This document shows, in pieces, positions 25,492-39,067 of a DNA stretch of 64,000 nucleotides. The notes beneath the pieces are model-generated. The model saw nothing but the letters and a program-made list of their open reading frames with translations. It did not search any database and was not told where the DNA came from. The DNA lies in the NCBI GenBank assembly GCA_907165135.1, contig OU015569.1:1984001-2048000 (forward strand). The letters are read 5' to 3'. The stretch comes from Oikopleura dioica. Taxonomy: Eukaryota > Animalia > Chordata. Within the stretch, counting starts at the first letter, position 1. Every line of letters begins with the position of its first letter. Made by a program: the position numbers and the translations under genes.

Positions 25492-28400
25492 ATGGTTCGT
25501 CGAAAACACAAACCGCCCAGACACGATGGCATTTATTGGTAATATTCTTTTCAATGCAAATGATTTTTCTTCTCCCCGCAATTCCATGAATGAGGAGCGA
25601 TCAGTGACCGCTCACTGTTCATCAATTATTTTGAGCTCTGTCTGCTAAGTTGTGGTTCCAGTTCCCTTTTTTACAGGCGCACGCGTGGCACATTATCCTT
25701 CAGAAATGAACGATATTTCTGTTGTTCGTACAGATTAAATTTGTTTGATAATCTATTTACAACAGCTAGTTTTTTTTATTAAAAGTGTAGAAAATGAACA
25801 AATTAAATTGAATGTATATATTGAAAATCAGGTGTTGTGCATATTTCTTACTGATTTCAGGCTGATGATGGGGATGATCGGATTCACCGTCGGCTTCATC
25901 GGCTTCTTGCTTCACAACGTTATCGATGCGATTGAAGAGCCAATACTTGAGAAAGCTCTCGGTAATATCTATAACTGCGATCTGAAACTCCTAAACGCCA
26001 CATTTTTGAATAGATCTCGCCAAAGAAGACAAAATCGGCATAGTATGGTGCTGGCGCGTTGGAATGGGCGTCATACTCGCCACTCTTTCTTCCGTTATTA
26101 TAGGACAGTTTCCACTTTTCTTGGAAGAAGGAAAAAGTTATCAATTTCGAAACCAAAAACAGTCTATTTTCGTCCATCTGCCGGCGGTTCGGGGATCCCA
26201 GAACTCATCGCCTTTCTCAACGGAACCTCTATCCGTCATATTTATAATGTCCGCACACTGCTTGCCAAATTCGCCTCTTGCGCCTTCGCTGTTAGTGCAG
26301 GTTAGTCGTTGTCGTTGTCGATTTTTTGATAATTTTTTTCTCGCAAGGTTTATTTGCCGGACCAGAAGGTCCCATGATTCATATTGGCGCACTTGTTGGT
26401 GCTGGCCTCTCTCAATTCAAGTCTGACTCGATGGGAATCAATCTCGCCTATTTTCAGCGTTTTCGAAATCCGGAAGACAGGTTTTCTTATAGTTCTTCAA
26501 CTTCGGTAGTCATCTATGTATTCAATATAGACGAAACTTTATCTCCGCTGGTGCTGCAGCGGGAGTATCCAGTGCTTTCGGAGCGCCTGTTGGAGGGCTT
26601 CTCTTCTCGATGGAAGAGGTTTCAAGTTTCTGGTCGAATCGACTCACGTGGCAGGTGTTCTTCTGTTCAATGATCGCTGCTTTCACTACAAACATTTTCA
26701 ACTCCGCATTTCTAGGATTCCACTACCAAGTAATACTCAAAAGACTTCCTTTCATCTAGCTCCTATTCAGGGATCATTTGGCTTATTGAAAGAGTCGAAC
26801 ATTCTTTTCAAGTCGAAATTGGAGATTCTCAATAATATCATCATCTTCATTCCAACAGTAAAACCGAGCCCAAGCCTCCTGCTCAATATGAATTTCTTTT
26901 TAGATCTGCCTCGGTATCATTGGAGGAGGATTAGGAAGTTTATTCGTCTTTTTGAACCTGAAAATCGTTCGACTGAAGGATTGGCTTGAAACGTTCTCTT
27001 TCTCGAACAGATTCAAAAAACTTCTCAAAATTGCAGAAGTGATTTTGATCATCACATTGACCGCAACAATCTCAACTACACTTCCACTGGCTCGGCAATG
27101 CCAGAAGCCTCGGTAAAATCCATTTATTGACTTTGTTCAATAACAATTACAGCTGTTACGCCGCAAATGCTATCGAAGCAAACCAAATAACACAGGAGTC
27201 TTGTTCTGTCAACTATGCTGGCATCCCACATCCTATGCCTCCCGTCACTGGTGACATGGGGGCTGCTGGAACGTTTGACTGCATGAAGCACTTTAACGAG
27301 GTTGAAAAAGCATAAATTTTTTGATCAAACGTCTGTCCCATAAGGTGCCCATAAAAACAGGTGTTTCTGCGAATGGAAAGTGGCGCTACACTAATCAAAC
27401 GTACAACGAGCTGAGCTCGCTTCTGTACACTTCACAAGACCATGCAATCAACCAGCTTCTTTCGAGAGGGACCCATAAGCAGTACTCTCCAGAAGGTACA
27501 GTATTTGAAAGAACAAACAATCAGTTTCATAGGTCTTTTATATTATTTTATTCCATACTTTCTTCTGGCCTGCTGGACGTCAACGGCTTCTTTATCCGTC
27601 GGCTTGGTAATGCCAATGCTTACGATAGGCGCTCTTTATGGACGAATGATTGGGGAGCTCCTGGTTATTTGGTTCGGCGAGCATTTTTACTACGGCAAGT
27701 TAGGTCCTAAACTTATCAAATTGACGCAAATTTGCAGGCGACAAGTATTCTGATGCATCCGATTATAAAGCATGGATGGATCCCGGAGCTATTGCATTGA
27801 TCGGGGCTGCGAGCTTTTTCGCTGGTGTCTCTCGTCTCACCATCTCACTGACGGTAATCATGATTGAGATCACCAATGATGTGACGATGCTGCTGCCTAT
27901 TATGACTGCAATTATGGTTGCAAAGATTGTCGGCGACCAACTCACCCATCCAATTTACCATGCTCTGCTGGAAGTCAAGTGTATACCCATTCTTGACGAA
28001 GAGCCCGTGGTTTATACGCAAGATCCAAATGGTCGATCTGTTCTGTAAGTAAATCGAACTCAAAACAATAGCATGGGAAACAATTTCAGACGGAATCTTG
28101 AGCTTCACACAGTCTCAGAAGTTATGACGCGGACTGTTACTACACTCAATCAAAAAGTCAACGTCGTCGACCTTGCCTCGTCTTTGAAGGGGAACAAACA
28201 CATGAGTTTCCCCGTGCTGGATGAGAAAGGCTACTGTGGAACTATAAACAGAATCGATCTCATTCAGTTGCTGCAGCACCCAGAGCTCTTCCAACTTCCA
28301 GGTTAGAGAGAAGATCAAACTATGTCTTCATAATGTTTCAGATGAGCCTCCGAAAACAAATGTTCTGAAATTTCATTCCGTGCACACCGATAAGCTGCAC

Positions 28401-28846
28401 GAAGATGAAGCCTCGATTCTTGACTCGGCCATCGAGCACGGATCCGAGAAAAATTTGTATATTCTTCCTTATACAAACCGCTCATCAATCGCTCTACCTG
28501 ACTCTTTCTCACTTCACCGAGCTTATTTATTACTAAGGTAACTTGACGCAGCTTTGACGTTTTTTAACCGCGTTTCAGGACTCTGGGAATCAGAGTGTTA
28601 GTCTTACTTGACGATCGAAACATGCCTTCTGGAATTCTGACGAGGAAGGACTTGATGGGCTTCGCTGTTGAAGAAAAACTTCAAGCTTCGATAACGAGGT
28701 CTCTCTCTGAAAGCGACCCAAACAGTAAGTGAAAAGTGATGTCAGATTGCTCATTCCCTCTTTCAGCGCAAACTACAATCACCACCGTCACCACTGGAAT
28801 CAATAGCATCGGTCCCTGTTCAATCAACCAATATACTGTTTCTTGA
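25492..28846 (+). CDS. CLC-family Cl-/H+ exchanger of the CLC-6/7 branch with two CBS domains; 5' end uncertain
   Basis: [47 protein letters not shown] and HPIYH motifs. CBS2 [20 protein letters not shown]. Confidence 0.92.
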
Positions 28847-28999
28847 CCCTCTTCTTCACTAGTTTTATTAATTAATTATAAATACAGCATCTTACTTTAT
28901 CAGTCTCGAATCCGCAAATGTAAGCTGCCTCTTCTCTAGGAAGATCTACGAGATAAGTTTATTGCTGGCGAATTGACATGTGTGAATGAGAGTGAATCT

Positions 29000-29640
29000 T
29001 TATTTTCCTTTGAGCTTTTTGAACTGACTTTGAACGTTTGTAACAGAAACTGACTCGTTGGCGTCGTCATCAAAGTCATACCACTCGCCATCTTCAAGCT
29101 CCACTTCGAAGCTCTTGCCATTTTCTGTCGAAGCAACCAGTCCCCCTCGGCATTCCCATTCGACAGGCTCCAATCCTCGGCAATCAAATGACACTATTTG
29201 CTACAACGCGTTTTAATATTTACGCGATTAAAGATTTCGTACTTGAAAACCGCCCTTCTCGGCATCATAAGCTTTACGGCTTCCGTCTTCAATGCTGATG
29301 TTGCTCTCTCGACCGCAAAGCTAGAAATTCGTTTACAAAGACAGTCACAAAATAGAGTTTTACAGACCTTACAGTTGAGAACCATGTTCGCCAATCCACG
29401 ACCACCTTTGACTTCAATTGTATCTTCCTGATCCAAGTACACCCAGTCCGTTATTTCGCCGCAGTTCCCACAGCAGATCTTCACAAAATAGCTAGATAAA
29501 TCAGTAAGTCAGAATTCAAGCTGACAAGAATACAATAATTTTGTGTAAATAAGAATAATTCACCGGAAGTCGGTCCCAGCAGCCTCAATCTTGGCGATAT
29601 TTTCAACGTCGAAAGATACTTCCAATCCGATTCGAGGCAT
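29000..29640 (-). CDS. CZIB: CXXC motif zinc-binding protein (C1orf123/UPF0587, DUF866)
   Basis: MPRIGLEV..DFR|..KICCGNCGE..KGGRGLANMVLNCKVC..FDCRGLEPVEW..GEWYDFDD matches the family. Confidence 0.9.
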
Positions 29641-29700
29641 TCTTCAATAAGAAAAGATTAAAAAGGTTTCTTATAAAAAATATATTTGTCAGTACAAAAA

Positions 29701-30598
29701 CTAAACAGGAGAAACAAGAATTGATGATATTCGAACATATTTTTTTGGATTTTTGTCGATTTTCCGGCTGATTTCTCCCGCAGCGAGGACTCCCTTCTCT
29801 TCTGATTTGGAGTACTCGCATTCGAAGGAGATAAAAATTTGACGAAAGACGTGGTAGGTCACATCTTCGATGGTTTTTTCTTCGATGTATTTATTTAGGG
29901 CACCTTCTTTGGCAAGTGTCATGGTTGCTTTGCACAATGTCATCATGCAGGTACAAAAAGGATAAGAATCAGGACTTTTTGTGCAGCTTTGCGAAAAGGA
30001 CTTCTTCACTACCGAGTCTTCACTCAGTCTGAGTAAGAGCCAGAGACCAAAGACTCCCACGCCGCGAAGATCAGTCGCTGGGTCGTTTCCTTGAAAGCCG
30101 ATTTTTTGCCAGTGCGAGCCGTATCGCCGTGGACATGGCTCCGTGGTTAGATTTTCGTAAAGAGTCGCCAGAACCTCGTACTGTGTTTCTTCCGGCAGGG
30201 CGCCAAGTGATAACTTTGTCAGTGAAAGGATCGAGGCTAATTTTTCCCGACAGCGCTTTTCCAATAATGGTGGTCCAAAAATGTAACGTCGGATTTTTGA
30301 GAAAAGGGAAAGTTCATTCGCTTCTAAGATTGCAGCACAGCGAGGGCCTTCAACGATTTGAATGAAGTCGGTTATCAGTCTTTGTGATAAGACTCTTTAC
30401 TTGGGGTCATTTTTGTCTTTTTTTTTTTTCCTATTCTCAAGTTCAGAATCTCATCAGTTTTATAGTTGACCCTTGCCGAGAATACGAATCGCCCGACTGC
30501 AAAGTCGCTAACTGCTTCCCTCCCTGAGCCTCAACGAAGTCCCACTCGTCCAGAGCCTCTTGGTACTGTTGCTCGTCATGAAATGCGTCACCCTCCAT
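29701..30598 (-). CDS. ELMOD3: ELMO domain-containing protein (ELMOD3-like Arf/Arl GAP)
   Basis: ELMO signature RYGSHWQKIGFQGNDPATDLRGVG. Acidic N-terminal exon at 30443-30598. Paralog assignment tentative. Confidence 0.8.
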
Positions 30599-30872
30599 AG
30601 AGTTCGATCTGAGATGTTTTTCATAAGAAAAGGTACTACAAAATTTGAACATTCGAGCTATTCATTGCTGGTCTTTGAACTCAATAAACATAAAAAAGAA
30701 GAGACAGATATTCTTGTAGTGTTATAGTGTTGAATGTTGGCCTTTATAGGAGTCATCAAGAAGGAACGAAACAGTGAAAAAGTTATTTTTATCGAGAAGG
30801 AGATTTGTACAGCGCTGAAGAAACTCGAAGAATAAATACTTTCTTCCGAGGGAGGACTTGTTAGACTGATGT

Positions 30873-31967
30873 TTATCCTTCAACACGCTCGAGCTTGGAG
30901 GGCGTCTGGTGGTTCGTCAGCATCTTCTTAATCTAAAAAATCACGATGAACAGAGTCTATTGAGCAAGTTCTCTCGTACCTCAGCAATAGCCCAGGCTGG
31001 GTTCAGATGTTTGGGACAAGCTTTCGTGCAGTTCATAATAGTGTGACACTTGAAGACGGAATAAGCATCGTTCATCTTTTCAAGTCGTTCAGCCTTTAAA
31101 ACAGTCATCTACCAAAGTGAATTGCAAACGATTCTTACGGTGTAATCATCCCGAGAGTCGATGAGCCATCTGTAAGCTTGCTGAATAATAGCAGGGCCGA
31201 GGTACTTGTCACCATTCCACCAGTAGGATGGGCAAGAGGTGGAGCAGCAGGCGCAGAGGATGCACTGACAAAGAAAATTATAAACCGCTGATTTTTTGTT
31301 GAAATTTACCTCGTAAAGTCCATCAAGTTTTGCTCGATCAGCCTCGCTCTGGTAGTTTTCGGTAGTTCGTGGAGTTTCGTCTCGTTTCTTCAGCCAGGGC
31401 TCGATGGATTTGTACTGGGCGTAGAAGTTGTTCATATCGGGGACAAGATCCTTAACGACGTACATGTGGGGCAGGGGCCAGATCTTGGTAGTCTTCCCAA
31501 CATCGGTGCAGTACGAAAGACAGGCTACATGAAAAAGAAGTAGCGTGGATGTGAGAGACAGAGTTTCAATTACCCAAGTTGTTGACACCATCGATGTTCA
31601 TGGCACAGGAGCCACAGATACCTTCTCGGCAGGATCGTCGGAAAGTGAGGGTAGGGTCGATTTCGTTCTGAAAGAAACTACTGAAGTTGAGAAGATTCAA
31701 GATTATACCTTGATCTTGATAAGAGCATCAAGAACCATGGGGCCGCAAGTGTTCATGTCGACCTTGTAAGTCTCCATTCGGGGCTGTCCACCATCATCAG
31801 GGTTCCATCTGTAGATCTGGAACTCTTTGGTACCCTACAACTTTCAATAAGACACATTCATAACTAGTAAAGGAGTCCACCTTGTCAACTGGCTTGGGGT
31901 TAGAGAGGGCGGCAGCCTTGAGAGTAACGGAGAACTTCTTGCTCTGCGTCGTCACCTGGCGCAACAT
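30873..31967 (-). CDS. SDHB: Succinate dehydrogenase iron-sulfur subunit
   Basis: [54 protein letters not shown]. All introns GT-AG. Confidence 0.98.
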
Positions 31968-32176
31968 TTTTCTCTGAAGCGGAATCAATTAAAAATACAA
32001 AAAAAATAGAGATGGAGTCGAAAGGTCAATAGTTTCGGTGAAATAGGGTAGAAAACAGGTTGCGAACAGAAAAATGAAGCTGAAGGTTTATTTGAGGCAG
32101 GATCTTTCAAAGCGTTGGCAAAATCGAATAATTATCACTAAAGCACGCAATGCTCAAAATAAGCAATTGCCAAGGA

Positions 32177-33373
32177 CTATTTAAAAGTTTGCGACGCTTT
32201 CCTGAAATGAGTGTTTCCAATATAACCTCCACGCATACTTCGATACACATTCTGTTCGAATTGTCTCTTATCACGCTTCAGAACATCGGCGGCTTCTTTA
32301 TTCAATGGATCGTCTGGGTTAGGTTCCTACAAACCAAGATGTAAAAATGAATTTGAATGTCAACAAGGAAAATATTGCGAGTGTAAAACTTTAAACAGAA
32401 CATGTCTGTTGATTTTTATCTTATCTTACAAAATGCAATTTATCCAAGAGACTTACCAAGAAGAGAAACTGTAGCCCATAAATGACGGAGTTAATGTTGA
32501 GCACTGGTTTCCAATCCTCTCTGAGAATATTCAAGCAGACGTTACCGTCAAGGTCGATGTTCGGGTGGTAGACTTGCGTTTCGCATTTCACCTAAACGTT
32601 GAAAAAAGCTACTTTTTCCCTTTTTATTCGCATTTTTGCGCTATCGGGAGCTTTTTGCGCTTTTCCTTCGCCGCGCCGCGCCATTACACAACGATTACGT
32701 AACTCTGGGAAAAGGGTCAGCTAGAATAATCGACGTTGTAGTTCGCTAATTTCACTGTCTACTATTACTCTTTTTTGATCAGTGTTAGATAAGCTCTCAT
32801 CGTGATATGCGCTAGAATTTGATTGCATCTACTGGCTGTTTCAGGCGAACTCCTGATTGGTTTAGGGACCTGAGACCCCCAGAATGATAAGTGTCTAATT
32901 ATAAAAGCCTTGAAATTTGAAGCAAAAATTATATTATTACTAGATTTTGTATTGCTTTAGCTTTTATGATAAAAAAAGTCAACGAAAACGAAAACAGATA
33001 AGGTGACCTACCTTTGGTGGCTCGTGTGGATATATCTGGGGCACTTTAAATCTGAAGACGAACCTTCCGCCTTGGTAGAAACCCTGGTCCGGGCAGATTT
33101 GTAATTTGAAGTTCAGCAGGTCGTCGCGATTTTCGAAGTGAGTTTGACATGTTGGAGGAATGTCCAGGTCGTTGATGTCCTAATCAAGAGCTTCGTTAGC
33201 TTATTGCTAGAGATATGGGCCGAATTATACTATTCACTTGAAATAAAGGCGATCGGGTTTGTTTGACGAACCTTGGCTATTCTGAGCTGCGCTGCGGAGA
33301 TTTTACTTTTTGGCTGATTCCCAGCCGCCTCTTCAGCCTTTTTCTGCTCTTTCATCGACGACAGACGAATCAT
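32177..33373 (-). CDS. UBE2M: NEDD8-conjugating enzyme Ubc12
   Basis: [69 protein letters not shown]. Confidence 0.96.
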
Positions 33374-34313
33374 CTTTCTATTCTGACAATTTTTCGAAAT
33401 GCGCTATTTTTTGTCGAATTTGAATTCCTGGTGTATTTCAACGTTGTGAGCAGGGACGTAGATAAGTTTGATAGAATTGAATTATGATTCGCTCTGTTTT
33501 TATACTTTTTTTTTTATGCAAACTGAATTTTGAACTTAATCTCAGATTTTTAGTTTTGAAAAGCTCGATAGGTTTCTTTTTGCTGTATCGAGAGCGAAGC
33601 AGATTTTCACAAACAGGAGAGACTGTAATTATACGTCTAACTGTAGACTGTCTCTAGGGGATTTTAGGAGTCTGATTGATGCAGATTTTCTGAAGGAGCT
33701 CTTATGAGGCGCTCGACAAGAGTCATGTTCAGTTTTAAGGCTGTCAACATTTGTAAACTGTGTGGACACACTTGGGGGTAGTTTTACGACTGAGATTTTA
33801 GTGAAGTAGAATGATTAAGAGCGAGATCTGAAGTGAAGAGTTCAGTGATTTGTACAGAGAAAGGAATACTTTGTTCTTAACTTAAAATATCAAGCAGTGA
33901 TAGTTTTTAGTAATTGAAATTGGTCTCATGTAATTGGCTAGCTCTTCCGGTTAATCCTTGCCCCCAAAGGACAGCATCATTCTAGTAGCTCTTCAAAAGC
34001 TTTTCGGTGCCAAAAGTTTGGGTCTTTTCGACCTAATATAATTTGACCTGCAAGTTTCGAGGAACACGAATGAAATAATGGGACCTCTTAGGGTGGAGAG
34101 GATCAAGCGAAAAAGAGACATAACAAAAAATAAAAAAACGAAAAAACGAAAGGAATATTAGTTGATTGAAAGAAGCAAGTTGAAAGAAATTTACAAGTTT
34201 TTTTTTCATGTGGAACAGTTTTTTTAGAAAGATCTTGAAGAATTTGTTATAGAAATCTTTCAGGAGTAGTTTTTTTATGTTGTTGCGGGAATAGTAAGGA
34301 GCAGACTGGAGAA

Positions 34314-36065
34314 TTAAGCGCGACCCATCAGCTTCTCGATGCATCTGATGCCCTGTTCTTGGTATTCTCTCTTCGTTACCCACCACTGCAGGTTGTTTTT
34401 CATGATGTCAGCCAGCACAGCGCCGCCGAGGAAAACCTTTTTTAGGAAAAAATCGTTATTGACAGCTAAATGCACTTTAACGTACCAGATGTTTTCTTCT
34501 TGGAGGATCTTCGACGCCGATTTTAAACTTTTTATATTGATTCACGTCTCCCTGAACGTTTCTGTTGGTAAACTTTATAGACAAAAAGAAGTGGGCTATG
34601 AAAATATTGACATGAACTGAGTAGAATAGTTCAATCCGGCTCTTGAAAGCTTCATTAATTGCCGCGGATGAGTAGCATTACCTTGACTACGTTCTGGAAA
34701 TAGAGCTGCTTGAGTTCACGCGTCATCCGACTGGGCAGACCTGGGTACATCGTGCTTCCGCCTGAAAGGACGATGTGTTTGTACAGCTCTGGGCGAATGT
34801 CCATATCGGCTCCCTGAAGAGGGCGAGTTTTGGAAAAGAAGCACTCAAGCGGCAGTCAATCTAACCTGAATGGCGTTGAAAAGCATTTGCGCGACTCCCT
34901 CTTTTTCTACGTCGACTAAATGTGGCTGGAAGAGAGCTTCTGGTGCTTGGAATCGCTCGGCACCGATCTGAGATGGATTATACTCTGAGTTACATGCTCG
35001 TTTAGTACGTACAGTGATTTCTCTTCCGTCGGGCAGCGTGTACTTTTCTACAAGTGTTGTTGTTTCTTGCGCGAGTCGGTCTTCTTGCTCGACATCGTAG
35101 GCAACGTAACAGAATTTTTCTTTGATTTCACGAACTGTATCAAAATCAGCAGAGTGGTTGAAGGCTACAACCAACAATAAGTCCGTCTAGGTAGATCCGA
35201 TTCGAACTTACCATAACCACGGAGAAGCAATAGTTTGATTAGGTACTTAGTTATGTCTCGACCAGCGACGTCGAGGCGTTTTGTGATGTTTTGCAGGCCG
35301 AAGCCTTCATAGACTGGGCAAATGTGAGTGACGCCATCGCCACTATCGACGACGACGCCTGTATGAAGACCCTGTGCGTATAGTGTCAGGACAGCTTGGA
35401 TCGCCACGTAAGCGCCTGAAAACACTTATTTTTCTGAAGGGTAGAAAGTATCGGTACCTTGAAAGCCGTATTTTTCGAACATGGTCTCGACAAGTCGTTC
35501 TCGATTCTTTTTTGGGTTCATTGGTGCTTCTGTTAAAAGAATTTTGGATAGCGTTGGGTCAATGTTCAAGCATTCATTGCCAAAAGTGTGGTCCCACAGA
35601 AGCTCCATGTCATCCCAGTTTCGAATGATTCCGTTTTCCATCGGATACTGGATATCTAGCGAATGCCTCAGATCCGCTGCTTGTTGCCCGACGATGATGT
35701 CCTTTAGCATGGCACCGCCTAAATAAGACTTAACAATTGAAATAAAATCGCTGATTAGTTCGGAAAGAACACATTTTAGAACATTTCTCAATTCTCGCCT
35801 CGAGAAAAAATAACACGAAAAGCTCACGGTGAAGATTACTCGCAACTATACCATTTTTTAAACGTTGTCGATTTTTATAAGCTAAAAGCATTTTATGTGG
35901 CAACGATGGGCCCTACAAACCTTCTTTCGATTTCGCGCGAAGGATGGGTCTACCGACCATGGCGGGAAAGATATGGGCGGGAAAGTTGGCGCCCGCGAAG
36001 CCGCACTTAACGAAGCCGGTGCCATTGTCGCAAACGACCACTTTGTGTCCTTCGCTGTCTGTCAT
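34314..36065 (-). CDS. ACTR2: Actin-related protein 2 (Arp2/3 complex)
   Basis: [91 protein letters not shown]. Confidence 0.98.
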
Positions 36066-36437
36066 TTCAACCTCTGTATTCTAAAGCGAACAAATTTGCG
36101 CCACGGTCAATTATGATGACAGTCAGTAACAATGAATAATTTCAAGCATGCTGAATCATACTGCCAAATAAGCCCTCCCTCGTCTCCACTACTTCCGCTG
36201 GTTTGAATTTTTGACATCAACAACGATTACTTCATGGTTAAACATGAAACGGTGGCTTTTAAGGAACTGATTGTTAATCTTTATTAAGGCAAAAATAACT
36301 CTGTCATAGAAAAATAGACGCTTTGCAGCAATATCTGTACAGTGGAATATTCAGGGGTCATGTGGAGGTTGATGTGCGTTTCAATGCATTTAGTTGGATG
36401 GGATTGTGAATACAAAAATATATGTTTTTGGGAAGGT

Positions 36438-38400
36438 TCAGTCTTTGAGTTGATCCGTAATGAGCTCGTGCAGCAGACATTCCATTTTGAGCAACTTGTC
36501 CGAGTAGTTCTCTTCTATTAGTTTTTGGAATTTGTGGAGGGTCTCGATCTGAACTCGCTGGTCGTTTGAATTGTTCCTATTTCGTACCTGTCGCTGTTTT
36601 TGCTGAGCTAGGACGTGCTCGTGGTGCTCCACAACTGTATCTAGATCTTTTTCCAGCGCCAAATTCAGTCGTTTCATTGCTTCTACATGCGTTACTAGTA
36701 GTTCGTGGTCTTCTGCACCAGATTGCTACGCAAACAGTCGTAATTATCAAAATTGACAAAGAGGCTTGTTACTTGAAGTTTGGAGATGTTGGACGCGTGA
36801 TTTGTTCGTTGGGCTTCTCGTTTTGATCTTAGCTGGTGATGTAGGACTTTGACGGAATCATTTTGAATTTTGGCGTCGCACGCGGCAAGATGGGACTCTT
36901 TTGCTCTGACCTACGATGACGAAGCTTAAGGTAAGGAGATACTGTAAAACTTTACCTGAATCAAAGCCAGATTAGTTTCACGTGCGTCTCCACCATTTTT
37001 AATGCGGGCCAGTTCTGTCCTTGCAGATTCAAGGTCGAGCCGGAGAGCCTTAAAATCGATTACTCAGAACGTAAAACGAACAAATAGAAGACGCTACCTG
37101 ATATTCTTGGGCGAGCTTCACGTCATGGTCCGTCTCTTTGCTTTCCAACGCCCACATCAAACCGTTCCGCTGGAGCTTTTGAGCACGAACCGCCATGAAC
37201 TTCTTCGCTGCGGCGATTCGGGCTTCTTCATCGACTTCTTTCGTCGTTTTTAATCGTGCTAAATGATATGGTCAACTCATGAAGGCTTATGAGACCGTAC
37301 TTAGAAGAGATAGCATATTTTTTCGTTGGTCGTTATCAGCTCGCTTCTGCCGGCTCAGATCCTTGTTCAGCTCCGAGATTTCTTTCCGAATTGACCTAGC
37401 GCTGCCTCTTTTGACATCTTTCATGCTTTTCATCATTTCATGAAATTTGAAGAAAGCTGAAACGAGTTTAATGTTGCTTTTTTGAACAGCTAAATGCACC
37501 TTTATCCAAATTGCTATCGGTGAGAATGAGCAAGGCAGCGGATGAATGGATCCCTCTCGGCGGCACATTTTGACCAGGTGGATAGATGATAAAATTGAGC
37601 GAGTATCCATTTCTTGAGACGGAAAGTATCGCGGCGTGTCGTATACTGAGACTGTCCCTGGCACGAACAGCTTGGTTGAAGTATTCGATCACTTCTTTTG
37701 AGCTCTTGGCGAGCACTTCTTCGGACGCATTGAGACAGCCTTTTATAAACTCATAAAACGTTCCGTGTCTAGAGTCTGGGAAGGATTTAGAGTGCCCCTG
37801 ACTGTATAATCTCAATTGTAAATACACGCGCAGTCTAATCTCAATTCAAAATAAATCTAGATTAACCGTTTGAGTTTCAAAACCAACTCCGCTTTCTGGA
37901 AACGATCTTTTCCTGAACAATAGTTCACCGCTTTCAAAGCGCGAGTAAATAGAATATGCGGTGAGATATGTCAATGATGGGGAAGTAAGCACATTTCTTT
38001 GACCTTTGGCGACGAGGATTTAAATAGCAAATGGGCGAGATAAAGGCCTATCTTAGACAGGTACTGAATGAGTACATAGCTACCTGGAGCTTTGTTTTGA
38101 TTAAATTTTTATAATGGATTTGCACTCTTCGTTGATCTCAAGAGATAAAAAATGATTTGTTTTAATAAGCTTTCCTGAAAGAAGCGAACGTGGATTCTCA
38201 TTAAGCTCCGAAGCAGAAACAAGACAAACGGAACCACCACTGACGCTTAGCAAATCTTCAATCACGGGCTTCCAGAGCCATTCAAGATCATCACTCTTCG
38301 CTGCGATAAAAGTTTTCTCTTTCTCATTTTGCGTCGATTTCAAGAACTTCGCTAAGTGTGTTCGATTGCGCGAAGGACCGGTCTCATCGACTGTGAATTT
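36438..38400 (-). CDS. Uncharacterised protein: globular N-terminal part plus long C-terminal coiled coil; 5' end unresolved
   Basis: Chain of GT-AG-linked exons (38101-38343, 37468-37827, 37287-37460, 37100-37250, 36960-37050, 36780-36915, 36438-36677). Heptad-rich C-terminal half. Confidence 0.55.
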
Positions 38401-39067
38401 TTCGCCTTCTACTTGGACACTTTGCCGGGATCAATTTCGGTTCGGGGGATTCGGGTTACAGTTGTTCAGTTGACCAGTTTTAAAGTTAAAATCTGGATTG
38501 GAGATACAAGGCCCGCGAAGATTTTATGGCGGACAAAAAGAGTTAACAAAAGTTATTCATATTGCTTTAAAATTTCAACAATGACGTAGTTTTATTGATG
38601 AGAAAAACATATCAAAATTGACGGAAACGAGTTCCCATAAAAATGAGCCCACACTGTCTTGATTGATGAACTAAAATGAACCCTTCCTGTTTTGTGTGAC
38701 GACGAGCGATTCGAGATTATCCGGAAACGTTACATAGAGCATTTCAGTCTATTTGATAAAAAGAAGATGAGTGGCGGTTGAATTGAATGTTTGAAATGGT
38801 CATTTAGATTGATTGGAATTTTTCCAAAAAATAATGAGTTTGATTTCAATGAAAAAGAATGGGCTGAATGAGAAGAAATTGAAAAACAAGGTCAATCGAT
38901 AGATTTGTACAAGTAAGAAGGGAAATTCTAGCTGTATATAACTGTGAATAGTTTACAGAATAGTAGAAGAAAAATGATTAAGGCAACTACCACGAAATGA
39001 TCAATTTTGAAGACTCTATCGTACGCGGCGTGGAAAATTGTCAAAAAACGTTTTTTGAAGCAACATT

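Larger units (their letters stand above)
29000..33373 (-). other. Putative polycistronic unit (operon): UBE2M-SDHB-ELMOD-CZIB
   Basis: Gaps of about 210, 275 and 60 bp. TTGAAG|A ATG at CZIB and TTCAG|AGAAAA ATG at SDHB. Confidence 0.5.

Noticed and set aside
32612-33003. Intronic snoRNA in the long UBE2M intron
   Set aside because: The candidate C/D boxes are too close together and no H/ACA architecture is evident.
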